Shown here: positions 1-13,579 of the stretch, in pieces
How the letters are laid out: each line of letters begins with the position of its first letter
Numbering within the stretch: position 1 is the stretch's first letter
Assembly: GCF_009914755.1 (NCBI RefSeq)
Contig: NC_060930.1
Length of the DNA stretch: 64,000 bases
Direction: 5' to 3' (one strand)
Source of the DNA: the human T2T-CHM13v2.0 reference genome, Homo sapiens
The notes under the pieces: generated by a model
What the model was told of the DNA's origin: nothing
Seen by the model: only the letters and a program-made list of their open reading frames with translations
Databases searched by the model: none
Position numbers and translations under genes: made by a program

Positions 1-2016
1 CCTCACCAGCATCTGTTATTATTTAACTTTTTAATTCTAGTCATTCTGACTGGTGTAAGATGGTATCTTACTGAGATTTTGATTTGTATGGACCTAATGA
101 TTAGTAACATTGAGCATCTTTTTGTATGTTTGTTGGATGTGTATATGTCTTCTTTTGACAAGTATCTGTTTATGTCTTTTACCCATATTTTAATGAGATT
201 ATTTGCTAATTTGTTTAAGTTCCTGATAGATTCTGGATATTAACCTTTGTTGGATGCATAGTTTGCAAGTATTTTCTCCCATTCTGTAAATTGTCTGTTT
301 ACTCTGTTTCTGTTAGTTTCTGTTGCTGTATATAGTTCCTTTTGCTGCATACTCTGCTGATAGTTTCTGTTAGTTTCTTTTGCTGCATAAACTAAACTGT
401 TTAATTTAGTTAGACCCTACTCATCAGTTTTTGTTTTTGTCACAATTGCTTTTGTAGCCTTCTTCATGAAATCTTTGCCAGGTCCTATGTCCACAATGGT
501 ATTTCCTCAGTATTCTTCTAGGATTTTTATATTTCTAGGTTTTACATTTAAGTCTTTAATTAATCTTGAGATGATTTTTGTAAAAGGCGAAAGGAAAGGG
601 TCCAGTATCAGTCTTCTGCATATGGCTAGCCAGTTATTCTAGCACCATTTATTGAATAGGGAGTCCTTTCCCTGTTGCTTGTTTTTGTCAACTTTTCAAA
701 GACCAGATGGTTGTAGATTTATAGCTTTATTTCTGGGTTCTCTAACCTGTTCCATTAGTCTATGTGTCTGTTTTTGTAACATTATCATGCTGTTTTGGTC
801 ACTGTAGCCCTGTAGCATAGTTTGAAGTTAGGTAACGTGATGCCTCCTGCTTTGTTCTTTTTGCTTAGGATTGCCTTAGCTATTCAGGCTCTTTTTTGGT
901 TCCATATTAATTTTAGAATAGTTTTTTTTTCTAAATTCTGTGAAGAATGTCATTGATAGTTTGATAAAAATAGCATTGAATCTGTAGATTGCTTTGGGAA
1001 GTATGGTCATGTTAACAATATTGATTTTTCCTATCCATAAGTATAGAATGTTTTTCCATTTCCATTTCCATTTGTTTCTGTCATCTCTGATTTCTTGAGC
1101 AGTTTTATAATTTTCATTGTAGAGATGTTTCACCTTCTCGGTTAGCTGCATTCCTAGGTATTTTATTCTTTTTTTTTGGCTATCGTGAATGGGATTCCAT
1201 TCTTGATTTGTCTCTCAACTTGGACTTTATTAGTATATAGAAATGCTATGAATTTTTGTTTTTCATTTGTTTGATGGGTTTTTCTCTATCCCTTTACTTT
1301 GAGCCTGTGGATAACATTGCATGTGAGATGGATGTCTTAAAGACAGCATATAGTGTTACTTCTTTATCCATCTTGCCACTCTATGCCTTTTAAGTGGACA
1401 CATTTAGCCTGTTTACATTCAAGGTTAATAGTAATATGTGTGGATTTGATCCTGACATCTTGTTGTTACCTGGTTCCTATATAGATTTGATTGTGTAACT
1501 GCTTTATAGTGTCAATGGTCTATGTACTTAAATGTGTTTTTGTGGTCACTAGTAATGGTCTTTTGTTTCCATGCGTAGCACTCACTTAAAAACCTTGTAA
1601 GGTAGGTCTGGTGGTAACTAATTCTCTTAACATTTGCTTATCTGAAAAGAAATTTTATTTGTCCTTCACTTACGAAGCCTAGTTTGGCTGGTATGAAATT
1701 CTTGGTTGGAATTTCTTTTCTTTAAGAATGGTGAGGCTGGGCGCAGTGGCTCATGCCTGTAATCCCAGCACTTTGGGAGACCGAAGCAGGTGGATCACAA
1801 GGTCAGGAGATTGATACCATCTTGGCTAACACGGTGAAACCTCATCTCTACTAAAAATACAAAAAATTAGCTGGGCATGGTGGTGGGCGCCTGTAGTCCC
1901 AGCTACTCAGGAGGCTGAGGCAGGAGAGTGACATGAACCCGGGAGGTGGAGCTTGCAGTGAGCCAAGATCGCGTCACTGCACTCCAGCCTGGGCAACAGA
2001 GCAAGACTCCGTCTCG

Positions 2017-2048
<32 letters not shown>

Positions 2049-4152
2049 GAAGGCTGAATATAGGCCCCTGATGTCTTCAGACTTGTAAGGTTTGGGCTGA
2101 AAGGTCCACTGTTAGCCTGATGGTGTTCCCTTTGTAGGTGACCTGTCTTTCTTTCTAGCTGCCTTTAATATTTTTTCTCTCACGTTGACCTTGCAAAATC
2201 TAATGACTATGTGTCTTGGAGAAGCTTGTCTTGTATAGTATCTTGCAAGGGTTCTCTGAATTTCCTGAATTTGAATGTTGTCCTCTCTAGCAAGGTTGTG
2301 TAAATTTTTACGGACAGTATCCTCAAGTATGTTTTCCAAGTTGCTTGCTCTGTCTTTCTATCAGGGACTCCAAAGAGTTGTAGGTTTCATGTTTTTACAT
2401 AATCCCATATTTCTTGGAGGTTTTGTTCATTCTTTTTCTTTATTTTTCTCTGAGTTGATTCAAAGAATCTATCTTTGAGATCTGAAATTCTTTCCTCAGC
2501 TTTGTCTATTTTGCTGTTAATACTTCTGATTGTATTATGAAATTCTTGTAGTGAGTTTGTCAGCTCTGTCACACCATTTTGGTTCTTTCTTAAAATGGCT
2601 ATTTCATCTTTCAGTTCTTATATTATTTTACTGGATTCCTTAGATTTTTTGAATTGGGTTTCAACTTTCTCCTCAATCCTGATGATCTTTGTTGCCACCC
2701 AGGTTCTGAATTCTATGTCTGTCATTTCAGTCATTTCAGCCTGGTTAAGAACCATTGCTGGAGAGTTAGTGCAGTCGTTGGAAGGTAAAAAGACACTCTA
2801 GCTTCTTGACTTGCCAGGGTTCTGGCATTCATTTTTCATCGTTGTGGGTTGATGAGAATTCTTTCAATCTTTGAAGTTGCCTTCCTTTGAATGAGGCTTT
2901 TTGCCTTTACATTCCTTGATGGCCTTGGGGTTTGACTGTGGTATAAGTTGGGTTCAATCTGGTAGCTTTGTTTCTGGATGATTTCAGGGGGCTAAGGCTC
3001 ACCTCAGTACTACTGGGCTGCATTCTCTAATGCCGGGGGGCTGGGACCAGGCCCATGGCTTTTTTCTTTGTCCCCTCAAGTTTAAGCACCTGTTGATCTT
3101 GGGGGCAAAGGTTTTCCTGGTCCTCTGGCAACAACACTCTGATGAGGGGTGCCAGCAAAAGTGCTTCATCAGGGTGGTGGCAGCACGGCCCATGCTCACA
3201 TTCCAGCAGTGGCAGAGTCGCACCGCAGCAGGGTCCACACACATGTGCGTGCCCTGGTGGCAACAGAGTGGCAGTGTGGCAAGCACCACATGTGTACGCT
3301 TGTGCTGGCAGTGAAAGAATGACAGGTTACATGCACTGTTGGTGATAGGGTGGCAAGGTTGGTGCACATGCCAGTGGCAGTGGGGCAACAAGTTCTACAT
3401 ACTTGCACGCACTGGAAAAGCAGTGGATGGAGGCTGCAGGCAAGTGCGTGCTGGTCGGGGCCCATCTGCAGAAGCTCTTTGATGATTAGGTGGGGTCCCT
3501 CAGAAAAGGATCTATGGAGGTAGCTGCTGGGAAGGACCTGGTTGGGCATCCGAGTCTGCACTGCAAGTGGGTGTGGCCACGAGGGAGCCTGAGAGAGGCT
3601 GACAGACAGAGGGGTGCTCAGATCAGACTGGCCTCATCTCACAGGCAAGGTAGTTTTGTTCTGTTCAGGTCTGACAGTCAACAAAGCCAAAGCTACCCCA
3701 AAGGAGCATGGTGAGCTTTGAGAGATGGGCATTTTTGGCCATGTTCCACTGTAGCTTCTCCTGTGCCAAACACTCTGGGCTGGACACAAGCTGTAGTCTT
3801 GTCCTTAACAATTCTCCAAGCAGCTCTCCCTATCAGCTCAAATGACCAGGGGGTTTATGGCTTCTCCTGCAGCTAGGATCCTGGAGGTCCATGGAGAGAG
3901 GGGGCCACTCCATGCCTATTTAATTCATCCCTTCTCCAGTAGCTGCTCAGGGCCAGGAGTGAGTTCCAGTGCTCAGCAACCCCATGCAGGGTTCCCAGCT
4001 TCCTCTCCCTTCAGTCCAGGGTCTGCACTCTTCCTCTGTTCATTCTCAATGCCTTCTTTCTGAAGATCTGCTAGGACTGTGCCGATCTTCTTGGTGGTCT
4101 GGTCTCCGTGGGAGATGCTCTTCCCGGCTGCATCTAGTCCACCATCTTGGCT
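1..4152 (-). mobile_element. Old L1 (L1PB/L1MA-age): 5'UTR, ORF1 remnant and ORF2 remnant with a ~2 kb internal deletion; continues off the left edge
   Basis: Minus-strand ORF fragments match L1 ORF2 ([21 protein letters not shown], 876-1151) and ORF1 (QNLQEIWDYVK, 2387-2572; IQIQEIQRT..PRHIVIRF, 2112-2339). GC-richer 5'UTR at ~2900-4150 ends in the reverse complement of the L1 start/YY1 motif CCAAGATGG (4142-4150). Confidence 0.9.
1735..2046 (+). mobile_element. AluY-like SINE inserted in L1 ORF1
   Basis: Full dimer with Y-type features (ctaacacggtg, gagcttgcagtg) and an (AAAAC)n tail. Degenerate TSD aagaatggtga (1724-1734) / aagaaggctga (2047-2057). Confidence 0.93.
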
Positions 4153-4265
4153 CTTCTCTGTAGTCAAATGTTATCCTCAAACATAAACTTTGAACAAAAC
4201 TGATCTTATTAAAGGTTTTTCTGCTAGTTTTTGCCAGAGATTTGATGAGTCAATTATGTTTACTA

Positions 4266-4572
4266 TTTTTTTTTTTTTTTTTTTTTTTTTTGAGATGGAG
4301 TCTTGGTCTGTCCCAGGCCGAAGTGCAATGGCGCGATCTCGGCTCATTGCACCCTCTACCTCCTGGTTGAAGCGATTTTCCCACCTCAGCCTCCTGAGTA
4401 GCTGGGACTACAGGCATGCACCATCACCCCCAGCTAATTTTTGTATTTTTAGTACAGATGGGGTTTCACCACGTTAGCCAGAGTACTCACGAACTACTGA
4501 CCTCAAGTGATCCATCTGCCCGTCTGTCTCCCAAAGTGCTGGGATTACAGGCGTGAGCTACCGCGCCTGGCC
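4266..4572 (-). mobile_element. AluS SINE
   Basis: Poly-T followed by a reverse Alu dimer ending cctggcc. Exact 11-bp TSD tatgtttacta (4255-4265 / 4573-4583). Confidence 0.95.
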
Positions 4573-5368
4573 TATGTTTACTAAGTTTTAATCAGAAATA
4601 CATTTCCCTGTGTAGTGTCACTCTGGACCATTAAATGAATTTGAGAACATAATGAGTAGTTAACCTTGAAGCTCTAAATTTACTTGGGCTTTTATGAAAA
4701 TAAAACCCAAAACTAGCATTTATGTTAGAGAGTAAGCAATAAGCTATTTACTTATTTGCTTTTAACCATAGGACAAGAGGAAAAAGAATGGAAAATTTGA
4801 ATGTGTTTTTATTAATCATGTACTGGCTAATATTTTAAATAAACTCGTAATTTTGACTGATAATTTTAGAATTTATTTTGCCAAATATCAGGAAATACTT
4901 TTTTCAAAATAAAAAAATTCAGGCAAGAAGCTGTATAGACCTTGCCAATCCCAATATCAATTACTTAAGAATACCGTTTGTTACTTATTCAATGAATATT
5001 TTGTAAATATTAATATTTAACCAAAATAATCATATTCATATTATCTGCTCACAATCTTTTCTGTGCTCGCATTAAAGAAAATTTCTTGCTTTTCAAGTAC
5101 AGATGAATTATAATAATTTCTATATGGAAATGATTATCATATGGTGTTTGTTGCCTATTATAGAAATGTAAATATTATAGTAATAGAATAATGCTTTTTG
5201 GGACAAAACTCTGAAACTACAGATAGAAAAAGAATAAAGTACAATAAAACATTAATATTGAAGGAATTGTTTGTGGGCATGTGTGTATTTGCTGCCAGCA
5301 TACTTTTAAAAATTCTGTATTCCTCATTTTAAAATATACATTTTTAATGGACTAGGTTGTAAGGCAGT

Positions 5369-5717
5369 TGATATGGTTTGGCTGTGTCCCCACCCAAATC
5401 TCATCTTGAATTCCTAGGTGTTGTGGGAGGGACCCAGTAGGAGGTAATAGAATCATGGGGGCAGGTCTCCTGTGCTGTTCTCATGACAGTGAATAAGTCT
5501 CATGAAATCTAATGGTTCTATAAAGGGGAGTTTCCCTGCACAAACTCTTTCTTTGCCTGCCACCATCTATGTAAGTTCCTCCTTGTTCTTCCTTGCCTTC
5601 TGCCATGATTGTGAGGCCTCCCAGCCATGTGGAAATGCAAGTCTGTTAAACGTCTTTCTTTTGTAAATTGCCCAGTTTGGGTATTCTTTATTAGCAGCAT
5701 GAAAATGGACTAATACA
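5369..5717 (+). mobile_element. THE1 (THE1B-like) MaLR solo LTR
   Basis: Starts tgatatggtttggctgtgtccccacccaaatctcatcttgaatt and ends ggactaataca; ~350 bp with TG..CA termini. Confidence 0.9.
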
Positions 5718-7029
5718 ATAGATATTGATTTTTAATTATTTATCCTTATGTAAATGCTATAATAACTAGCAAAACCCCACAAAGGACTGAAGTAGGTCTG
5801 CAACAGAGGCTTATACAGACTTCAGTGTTTGTTTCATGGAAAAAGCAGGCAAATGTGCCATTTACCCTGGAGAGTCTTGGGGAGAAGACTCCATAGAGAG
5901 TAGTTTTCCCTTTTCTGAGTGGTGCTGTCAATACCTTGGTATTCCAGGATTCGAGGTGTCAGAGTCCGGTTTAAGTCTCAGCTAACCATAAGAGACTCCC
6001 ACTGAAATCAGCCAGAGAGATACATGAGCATCTTATCCAAGCAGGATGATCTTTCCTCTCTGCCACAGAACCTGAATTTGGATATATTTACATATCTCTA
6101 CAGAATATTTGCCGATTTAACCATCTCAGAAAATTGCCTAAAAAACTGATAATGTTTTATAGGTCCTTAATCCCACTTTCCCTAAATTAATGAAATTCCC
6201 TTCAAGCCTCTGAAATTAACACTCTAGATGTTTACAATGTGCTTCTGTTTAGTTACCTTATACTGCTATCCCTTCCTCGATTTTAGTTTCGCAGAGGTCT
6301 TCCCACTTTAACACCATTTACTGACCAGGATCTCTCTCTCATTTACTTCCGTCTCTCTGTCTCTTTCTATCATACCTCCTTTTATATGACACTAGACTCT
6401 GCAAAGCCCCCTTGGAAATGAGGCCACTTCCTGTTAAGTGATCCTGGGGAATGTGGAATGTAAAGACAACTGAGAATAAGGTAGTGTGTCCTGTTGTAAA
6501 GGTACATAAAAGCCGTAAAACATGAGAGCAGGGCAGGGGGCACAGGTGGGAGAGGAGGGTGGTGAGTTTTGCCATGTGCTGTTTCTCTCCAGATCTGTTT
6601 TTTAAAAGTCACTTCTGGCCCCTTGGCCAATCTGCACTTAATTACCTGTTCCTGCTCTATTTCCCAGACAGCCAGCAGTGTGGTCAGTCTATTCCCCATC
6701 CCTCTGTGAGGCCCAGCTCTGGGGTGAAGCTGCTGTATTACAAATGCTTTGTGGACCAAAACAATGTATGTGTCTGCTGGGATTTTCACTAAGTGGTCAG
6801 GATGCCAACCACAGTCCTGATCGTTTTAAATGGCTTGTGATCTGAGGCTAGGGAGATGCTCATTAGTGGCCATAGAAGTCCAGTGTCAGGGACAGATTGA
6901 AGCAAGTCGCTCTGCTTTCTGCCAGCACGAGCATGAATAGAAGAGACCGTGTTAATAAAAGTTCCTGAGATGAAGCCATAGAATAACGTACTTGTGTATG
7001 ATTATAAACATTTTGCCCTGCGGTGACTC

Positions 7030-7420
7030 TCCTCTATCAAACCTACTCCAAGCCTGATAAGCGCTGCCTCTTTAGGGGTCATTAATTTCCCTGAAAATTT
7101 AAACAGCTGTCACTTGTGATCCTCCTCAGGTGCTCATGTGGGAGAGATTAGCTTGTGTTTATAAGCCGATCTGTTCATTAAGCGCCTGCTGGTGTGGAAC
7201 CCCCTCCACAGGCTGTGAGTCAGGCCTGCAGATCTCCCACAGATAATTGGGGGCTGCTGCGAATTACACAGTGGTACTGCTGGCCCCAAGGATGGTGTAG
7301 TCTTATTAACATCAGCTGGGTACAGCACACCATTTTAATGATTTCCAATAAACCAAGCAAACTCTCAGAGCTCCACGAGCATTTGGGCACTGACAGTTAA
7401 AGGGATTGCATAGGTTTGGG
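7030..7420. promoter_or_regulatory. Candidate conserved enhancer (non-repeat, motif-dense)
   Basis: No recognisable repeat. AP-1 TGAGTCA at 7216-7222, E-boxes CAGCTG at 7104 and 7313, MEIS/TGIF TGACAG at 7391 (reverse copy at 7107), GATAA sites and several TAAT cores. Function is inferred only. Confidence 0.3.
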
Positions 7421-8617
7421 TTTGCCGTAGTTACTGTCAACTTCTTTCTCATTAACACTTGAAAATCTTGGTTTCGCTCTAAGATGCAGTGATGCTTCCA
7501 TGGTCTGTTTCGATATTCAAATTAGTTCTGGTGCTTTTAATGGCTATTATAGTAAAAAAAAGACACTTCATGAAGATATGTGGCTCCAAAAGGAGGAAGA
7601 ATATTTTGGCAGTGATTTCTAAATTAGATACTCATGTTTTAGATAGCATTTTCCATTTATATAATCTTTTAATGAAATTTGTTGTATTTCTGTGTTCTCT
7701 GATGTTACTAAGTTCTAGAAAACTAATAAAAAATGTTATATTTTGACATTTTAAACAGAGGTTTTAAACTTATTGAAAATTTTTTGTCTAGATCTTTAAA
7801 TAGGTTGGACAATTTGTTTTCTAGTCCAATAAACATGTAGGTGACACATTTATATTATTTTCAGTAACAAAATGCTAGATGCCAGGGGGAAACATTTCCA
7901 AATTTCTTCAAAATGCTGTCTCCATTGCAGGATTTCATTTTGAAAAGCAGTGACTCATACTCATTGTTGGAACATCTAACTTTAACTCCTACAGACAGCT
8001 TAAATGTATTTATATTGAAAAAATTTTTCTTGGGAGGACGGTATGGGCAGTCATTGTAATCACATTGAAAAGGCTGGTAGATTTTACACATTTAAAAGAA
8101 ATGTATCCTGCCTTTAAGTTCAACAACTCTTTTAGGAAAGTGGCCACAAGATAAAACAGCCAATCCTTGAAGTACAAAAGATTTTCCTGATCATTTTCTA
8201 CCTCATTCCAAATATTCTAAGTTTCTATTTTTTAAAGGCTTATTTCTATAAAATTTATTATAGTGATGACATCCTGTGGGTTGAAGGGCACCTCTGGCTT
8301 TAACTTCTTTCCTACCTTAGTCGGCCTATGAATGAGGCAGGAAGCAGTCTTTTGTACCGTGCTATTTCTGTAAGTTTAACCTTCAATCCTTTCATGATAT
8401 TGTAGTCAAGGCAGTGGCTCCAGTAGAAGTTATATTATGTAGTCTTAAAAGCGTTGTTTTTTTAAGTAATTTTTATACCATTGAAAATCTAACTTCTTTT
8501 TTTCATCTTTCCTTTCATGGTTGATAGGAATAAAAAAGCTGTCTTCTTGACAGATATAAGCTGGTAGCTGAGACATGAGGGAACATCACTATGTTCATCT
8601 AACTTATACCAAACCTC

Positions 8618-9072
8618 TGTCATGCTGGACCGCCATTAGCTTCAATATGGATGGCACCAGATTAGAGGCCAAAGGAGAGACGTGGAACCAGTAAATGAGA
8701 CATAGGGTTTTATTGGCATGAAACTTACTTACAGGGATGGTCCAGTGGCCACAGGCTGCACAGGAGCACCTAACCACTTGCAAAAATCAAGCAGTTTATA
8801 TAGCATTTTCCCTTAACACCCTCTTCCTAACAACTTCTACCTGGCAACCCTCATTTACCCCAAAATAAAGGGCCTCGATCCCCTGTATGCCTGTGTTCCA
8901 CAGGACAGGCTGAGGGTTCAGGTGTTTCTCATTGAAAAGGAATGAATCTCTGGCTTGGCCACTCCTGGCTTCCTTAGCTTCGAACTCTGGACACACATTC
9001 AGGCGCATCTGCCATACGGGATCATTCTCAGAGCATGCTTAAGTTCTTGGTATCAAGTACACCTACCATACA
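8618..9072 (-). mobile_element. ERVL solo LTR (LTR47-like)
   Basis: TG...CA termini with an exact 5-bp TSD acctc (8613-8617 / 9073-9077). Minus-strand TATA (ctatataaa, ~8795-8803) and AATAAA (~8709-8714). Resembles the recalled LTR47 consensus. Confidence 0.85.
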
Positions 9073-9097
9073 ACCTCCCAAACTTTGTAAGGTGATG

Positions 9098-9173
9098 CTT
9101 ATTTTGGCAACACTTCAGCAATGTTCTCTATGCATCTTATTTTGGCAACTCTTCAGCAATATTTTCTATGCAT
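9098..9173. repeat. 38-bp tandem duplication (2 copies)
   Basis: cttattttggcaacacttcagcaatgttctctatgcat followed by cttattttggcaactcttcagcaatattttctatgcat (3 mismatches). Confidence 0.9.
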
Positions 9174-9841
9174 CATCCAAATCTATTTGTTGATATAGAA
9201 ATGTTTTGCAGTTTGTCAGTATATTAATTTCTATTAACTGCATCGGATATTTTTACTAGGAGGAGAAGATATTTCCCTGGTGGTATGCGACTTTCACCAT
9301 TAACTAAGAAACCATAGGAATGACTTTTAAATATATAAAATATATTAAATATAGTAAAATGTTATAAATGTTTCTGATTTGAGAAAGCATGACTTTAAAC
9401 ATTGATAAAAATGACTGTGCTATATTGTATATGTCTACGTTAAAACTGTCTTAACTTCTAATCATGAGTTAATACCTTAAGGAATAATACGTCCTCATTG
9501 TGAGATTCATTGATAAGAATTGTGGCTGTCTATTGTTAAAAATAATGAAGGTAAATCCATATTTCAAATAGTGTTCTTTTAACTAAGATCTTTTTCTACA
9601 TGACTATGTGATCTTTCTTTCACATATAATGTGGCTGATAAAAAATGTATAATAGGAGCTAGCACATTAGCTGTCTTTTATCTGGTGTTTTGCTTGTGCT
9701 TGAGTTAGCATTTTTTAATCTGTTGGGTTATTTGCAAGATTTTTAAAAATCTACTTGACATTTTTTGAGAGCAAATTCATTTGAAACCAGAGAATCTCTT
9801 GGTTCTTTTAATAGGACCCCCCAAAACAAAATGTCAGAATA

Positions 9842-10200
9842 CAGTTGACCCTTGAACAATATGCATTTAAACTGCATGGATCCACTTATACCTGAATTTT
9901 TTTAAATAGATATATTGGAAAAGTTTTTGGAGATTTGTGATAATTTGAAAAAAACTTGCAGACAAACCATGTAGCATTTTTAGTATTGAAAAAATTAAGA
10001 AAAAGTTATGTCGTAAATGCATAAAATATATGTAGATACTAGTCTATACGTTAATTGACTATTATTGTTATTTGGCTAAAGCTTCCGGTCAACAGTAAGC
10101 CATTGGTAGTTAGGTTTTGGGGGAGTCAAAAGTTATTTGCAGATTTTCAACCGTGCAGAGGGTTGGTGCCTCTAACCTTACATCCTTCAAGAGTCAACAG
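9842..10200. mobile_element. Tigger2-family (Tigger2a-like) TcMar non-autonomous DNA transposon
   Basis: Terminal inverted repeats cagttgacccttgaa ... ttcaagagtcaacag, flanked by TA on both sides (9840-9841, 10201-10202). Confidence 0.88.
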
Positions 10201-11639
10201 TACATTGGAAACAAGCACATGAGAAAGTGTATTGTTGTAGCCCCTGTTATGTTTTGAAAGTAGCTCCTCTCTTACCTTGGGATACTTTGCCCATTACATG
10301 TGGCAGAGGGTTCTGATACAGACTGAACGAGGGGGAATGTCTACCTATGCAACAAAGCTTAGTTACATTTGTGTTGCTTGGATTAACAAATAAGGCTTTA
10401 GTGTTTTTCCCCCACATCCTAACAAATTGTCTTTCATTAATGCCCTTTGTGGGGCTACTCCCTGGGAGAAGATAAAAAGTATCTTTGCCTCCCAGTTCTT
10501 TATCTAGTTCTGGCTCTGGCTACCAGAGAGTGTTTGTAATAGAATTGGCAATGATATGACTTTAGTTAGTGATTTTCTGTTTTTGTGGATCAGCTTTGAT
10601 CTTAGTAGAAAAAAGTATATAATCATATGGTAAATCTTCTGGTGGGACCCATACTGCTATATCCAAACTGAAAAATGTTGGAGGCTTTAAAATAAAAACA
10701 AAATATGTATTACTGAGAGACATTTGTGTTTGTGTGTGTGTGTGTGTGTAGATGTGTGTGTAGTTGAATACTGAATATTTCATGTATATATTTGTGATGG
10801 AGAAGATTGAGTTTTTAAAGACTTCTAAGATGACCTGGACTGTCCTACAAAAGTAAGAGATTCCCAGGGAGCAAGTAATGTCTGTGCTCTTACATTTTCT
10901 TTACTGAAATGAGCACTGAATAGAAGAAAACCCCCAAACTCTATGAAAGATTTCCTTTTAAATAAAATATGGCTTTTATAGAACAGTAGAAAACTTTTTT
11001 TTTTTCTGGTATCTTTAAAAGAAAATACCTGCGACTCAGGTATATATGCTAAATTGTCTTAATCTTTAAAAAGTGAAATTCAGTTAGTAACTAGACATTT
11101 TAATGTATTTGAAGAACAAAAATGACTGCTTGGGCAGGGGTCCTTGTTCACCCTGATGAAAATGAGTAGGGCAGGAAAGTGCTCAGGAGGGACGAACCTA
11201 TATCCTGAGGATTAGAAAGAAGCAACTGCGTCTGTTTCTGAAAATATTTCTCACTTAGATGCTTTTCCCAGACATGTTTTGTGGGCTCTCACCTTGGTGA
11301 GATGCTTTGTGTTAGTGGACATTCGAAATTATCAGAGAAAAAAGACAATGTATAAACTTTGAGTCAAAGTTAACAAATAAGCAAAATGTGCTGAATCCAT
11401 CATTTATGTGAAGCATCCCTTTCTTGGAAAGTTTCTAATGCTTCCTGTAAGTAGTCATAATTCAAAATGTCAAGTCATGTGGCGCTGGCTAAAATCCACA
11501 TTAAATGTTTCATTTTTTTCTTTCCATTTGTTTTTTGTTTGAATTCTCTTTTGATGACACTTATTGCTTCATAAAGTTTATGCTCTCTTCTTTCCTTTGT
11601 AATTGCTTTGTTCTGCATGCTTTTTGTTTCTCTGAATAG

Positions 11640-11790
11640 AGAAGACAATGTGGGAAGACAGTTAATAGAACGTACGTTTTGAACATGGATGGGTCAGTAT
11701 TGAACCTGACCATGTTTTAATTTGTACCAAATCACATTGAAGAGATCACATCTGTGCCTCAGTTTCCTCACTATAAAAGGCAATTCTATT
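11640..11790 (+). mobile_element. MIR fragment
   Basis: Core motif tctgtgcctcagtttcctcactataaaa at ~11751-11778. Confidence 0.6.
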
Positions 11791-11793
11791 ACT

Positions 11794-12243
11794 GTGGGTA
11801 TAGGTTTGGCTGAATGTGGCCTATACCCCAAATAGTAGCAATATTAACTACTACAAGTTTATTTCTCATTCATATAAAATCTGGGCTGGTATTGTGACTC
11901 TGCTCTGGGAAATTACCAGGGCTCTACAATGTGTCAGAGACCAGGCTCTTTCTATCTTGTTGTTTCAGCAACCTTAGGGTGTTGCCGCATTTACATTATC
12001 CAAATGGCTCACTCCCACTTCTGAATTCCAACTGTAGGAAAAGAGAATACAACCTGAAGACTGTGCCTATTACTTCTACTTTCATCCATTGGCTGAACTT
12101 AGTATCTGGCCACACATAGCTGCAAGGGGAGGCTAAGAACTGCAGTCTTTATTTTAGATGGCTCTGTGCCTAGCTGAAAATTGAGGATTTCATTGTTCTA
12201 GAAGAGGTGAATAGTTATTACAGTTTAACCAGCATTATCTACA
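11794..12243 (-). mobile_element. Old MaLR LTR (MLT1J/K-like)
   Basis: MLT1-type motifs: gtttatttctcattcatat, ccaggctctttctatcttgtt, cattggctgaacttagtatctggccacacatagctgcaaggg. Confidence 0.7.
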
Positions 12244-12471
12244 CAGTGCCCACAATTCTTTTAGAGGTCTACAAAAAGGCTTTAATTTTAATTTTTCTTG
12301 AAATCAGAAGAAAAGGAGTATGATAATAATGGATATATAATGATGAATCCAGCCTGGATTTCATTTGCTTTTATTCTAATGCAGTCATAAAATAAAATTT
12401 CTAATACTTTCTTGTAGAGGAGGAAGACCACAAAGGGAAAATCCTAGGGCCACAAAGTCATGATGTGGCCC
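12244..12471. mobile_element. hAT-type MITE fragment (MER96B-like)
   Basis: Resembles the recalled consensus (gaatccagcctggatt ... cctagggccacaaagtcatgatgtggccc). Family assignment uncertain. Confidence 0.4.
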
Positions 12472-13579
12472 AAACCATAGAGATGTTAATAAAACTTTCC
12501 ATACAATATTGTAAAGGTAGAATTAATGTGATTAAAAATAGATATTATAATTACTATTCTTTGTCATTTTGCCTTTATTATTACTATTGTATTAGTTTAC
12601 CCTTAAAGATACTATTTTTTTCTGAATTTAACATCATCATCTTACTTTTCAGGGAACCTCTTCTTCCATATATAGTCAAACCTACGTCTCTGTTGGGGAG
12701 ACAGTTTGTATAATTTGAGGACAACAAAAAAGCACCTTTGTCTTTAATTCTGTCATCTACCGATTTGCCTTGTTAGAGACACTCCTTTGGGTTAAGGCAT
12801 TAGCTGTGGGAGGCCCTAGTTGAAAGTTCACACAGCTTGAAACAATTTCAAAGCAGAATGTGAAATATCTGATCTGTATCTACTTGGAAAGATAAATACT
12901 GAAATGTATAAAAAATTTCTCACTGCAAGGTGGAGTTTTATTTACTATTTTCATATTTATTTAATTTAAAGTTTAAAATAAATAAATTTTATAATTGGAA
13001 GCTCCCAATAAATATAATTTTAGATTTTAAATATATTGTTCAATTGGCAGTTGAAGTTAGTTAGAATTTATTTTCTTGAATAAGATGATGTGTCTTGACA
13101 GAGAACAGGCCCCAGAGATAAGGTGTCATGGGATAAATGCAGGTGCTTGAGGAAAAGAATCAGGAAGATACCTGATTTGTGAGGATAATCTGTACACTGT
13201 TGTTTTTTATTTTTGCATACTGGGATATGTTTATATTAATAATACATTTCTCTAAATATCAATATTTAAAACTTTAAAAATTAATATATGTGTATTTCAG
13301 TTGTATTAGTAGCACTTACGGTGGCAAACTGTCTTTATTCATGCTTTCTTCTAAGGTTGTGATTAAAGCTCTAATAATTTTAAAGGACCCAAAGCTTTGC
13401 GTTCAAGCCAGTGTGCAGTCTGCATACACTGATGGATAAACACAATGCATCTTTCTGAGGCAAACATTTTACTCTATGTAATATGGGCATTAAGACAATC
13501 CCTTCCAAATAGGCAAGGATGGCTGTCTTCTTTGGCCTATTTGTAATGCATGAATTTGTTTATTTGAAAATATGTTTGA

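Noticed and set aside
2999-4167. Cluster of overlapping Cys/His-rich ORFs
   Set aside because: These are chance ORFs in the GC-rich, internally repetitive 5'UTR of an old L1.
6339-6792. Overlapping 77-135 aa ORFs in unique sequence
   Set aside because: No recognisable domain or exon structure, and lengths compatible with chance.
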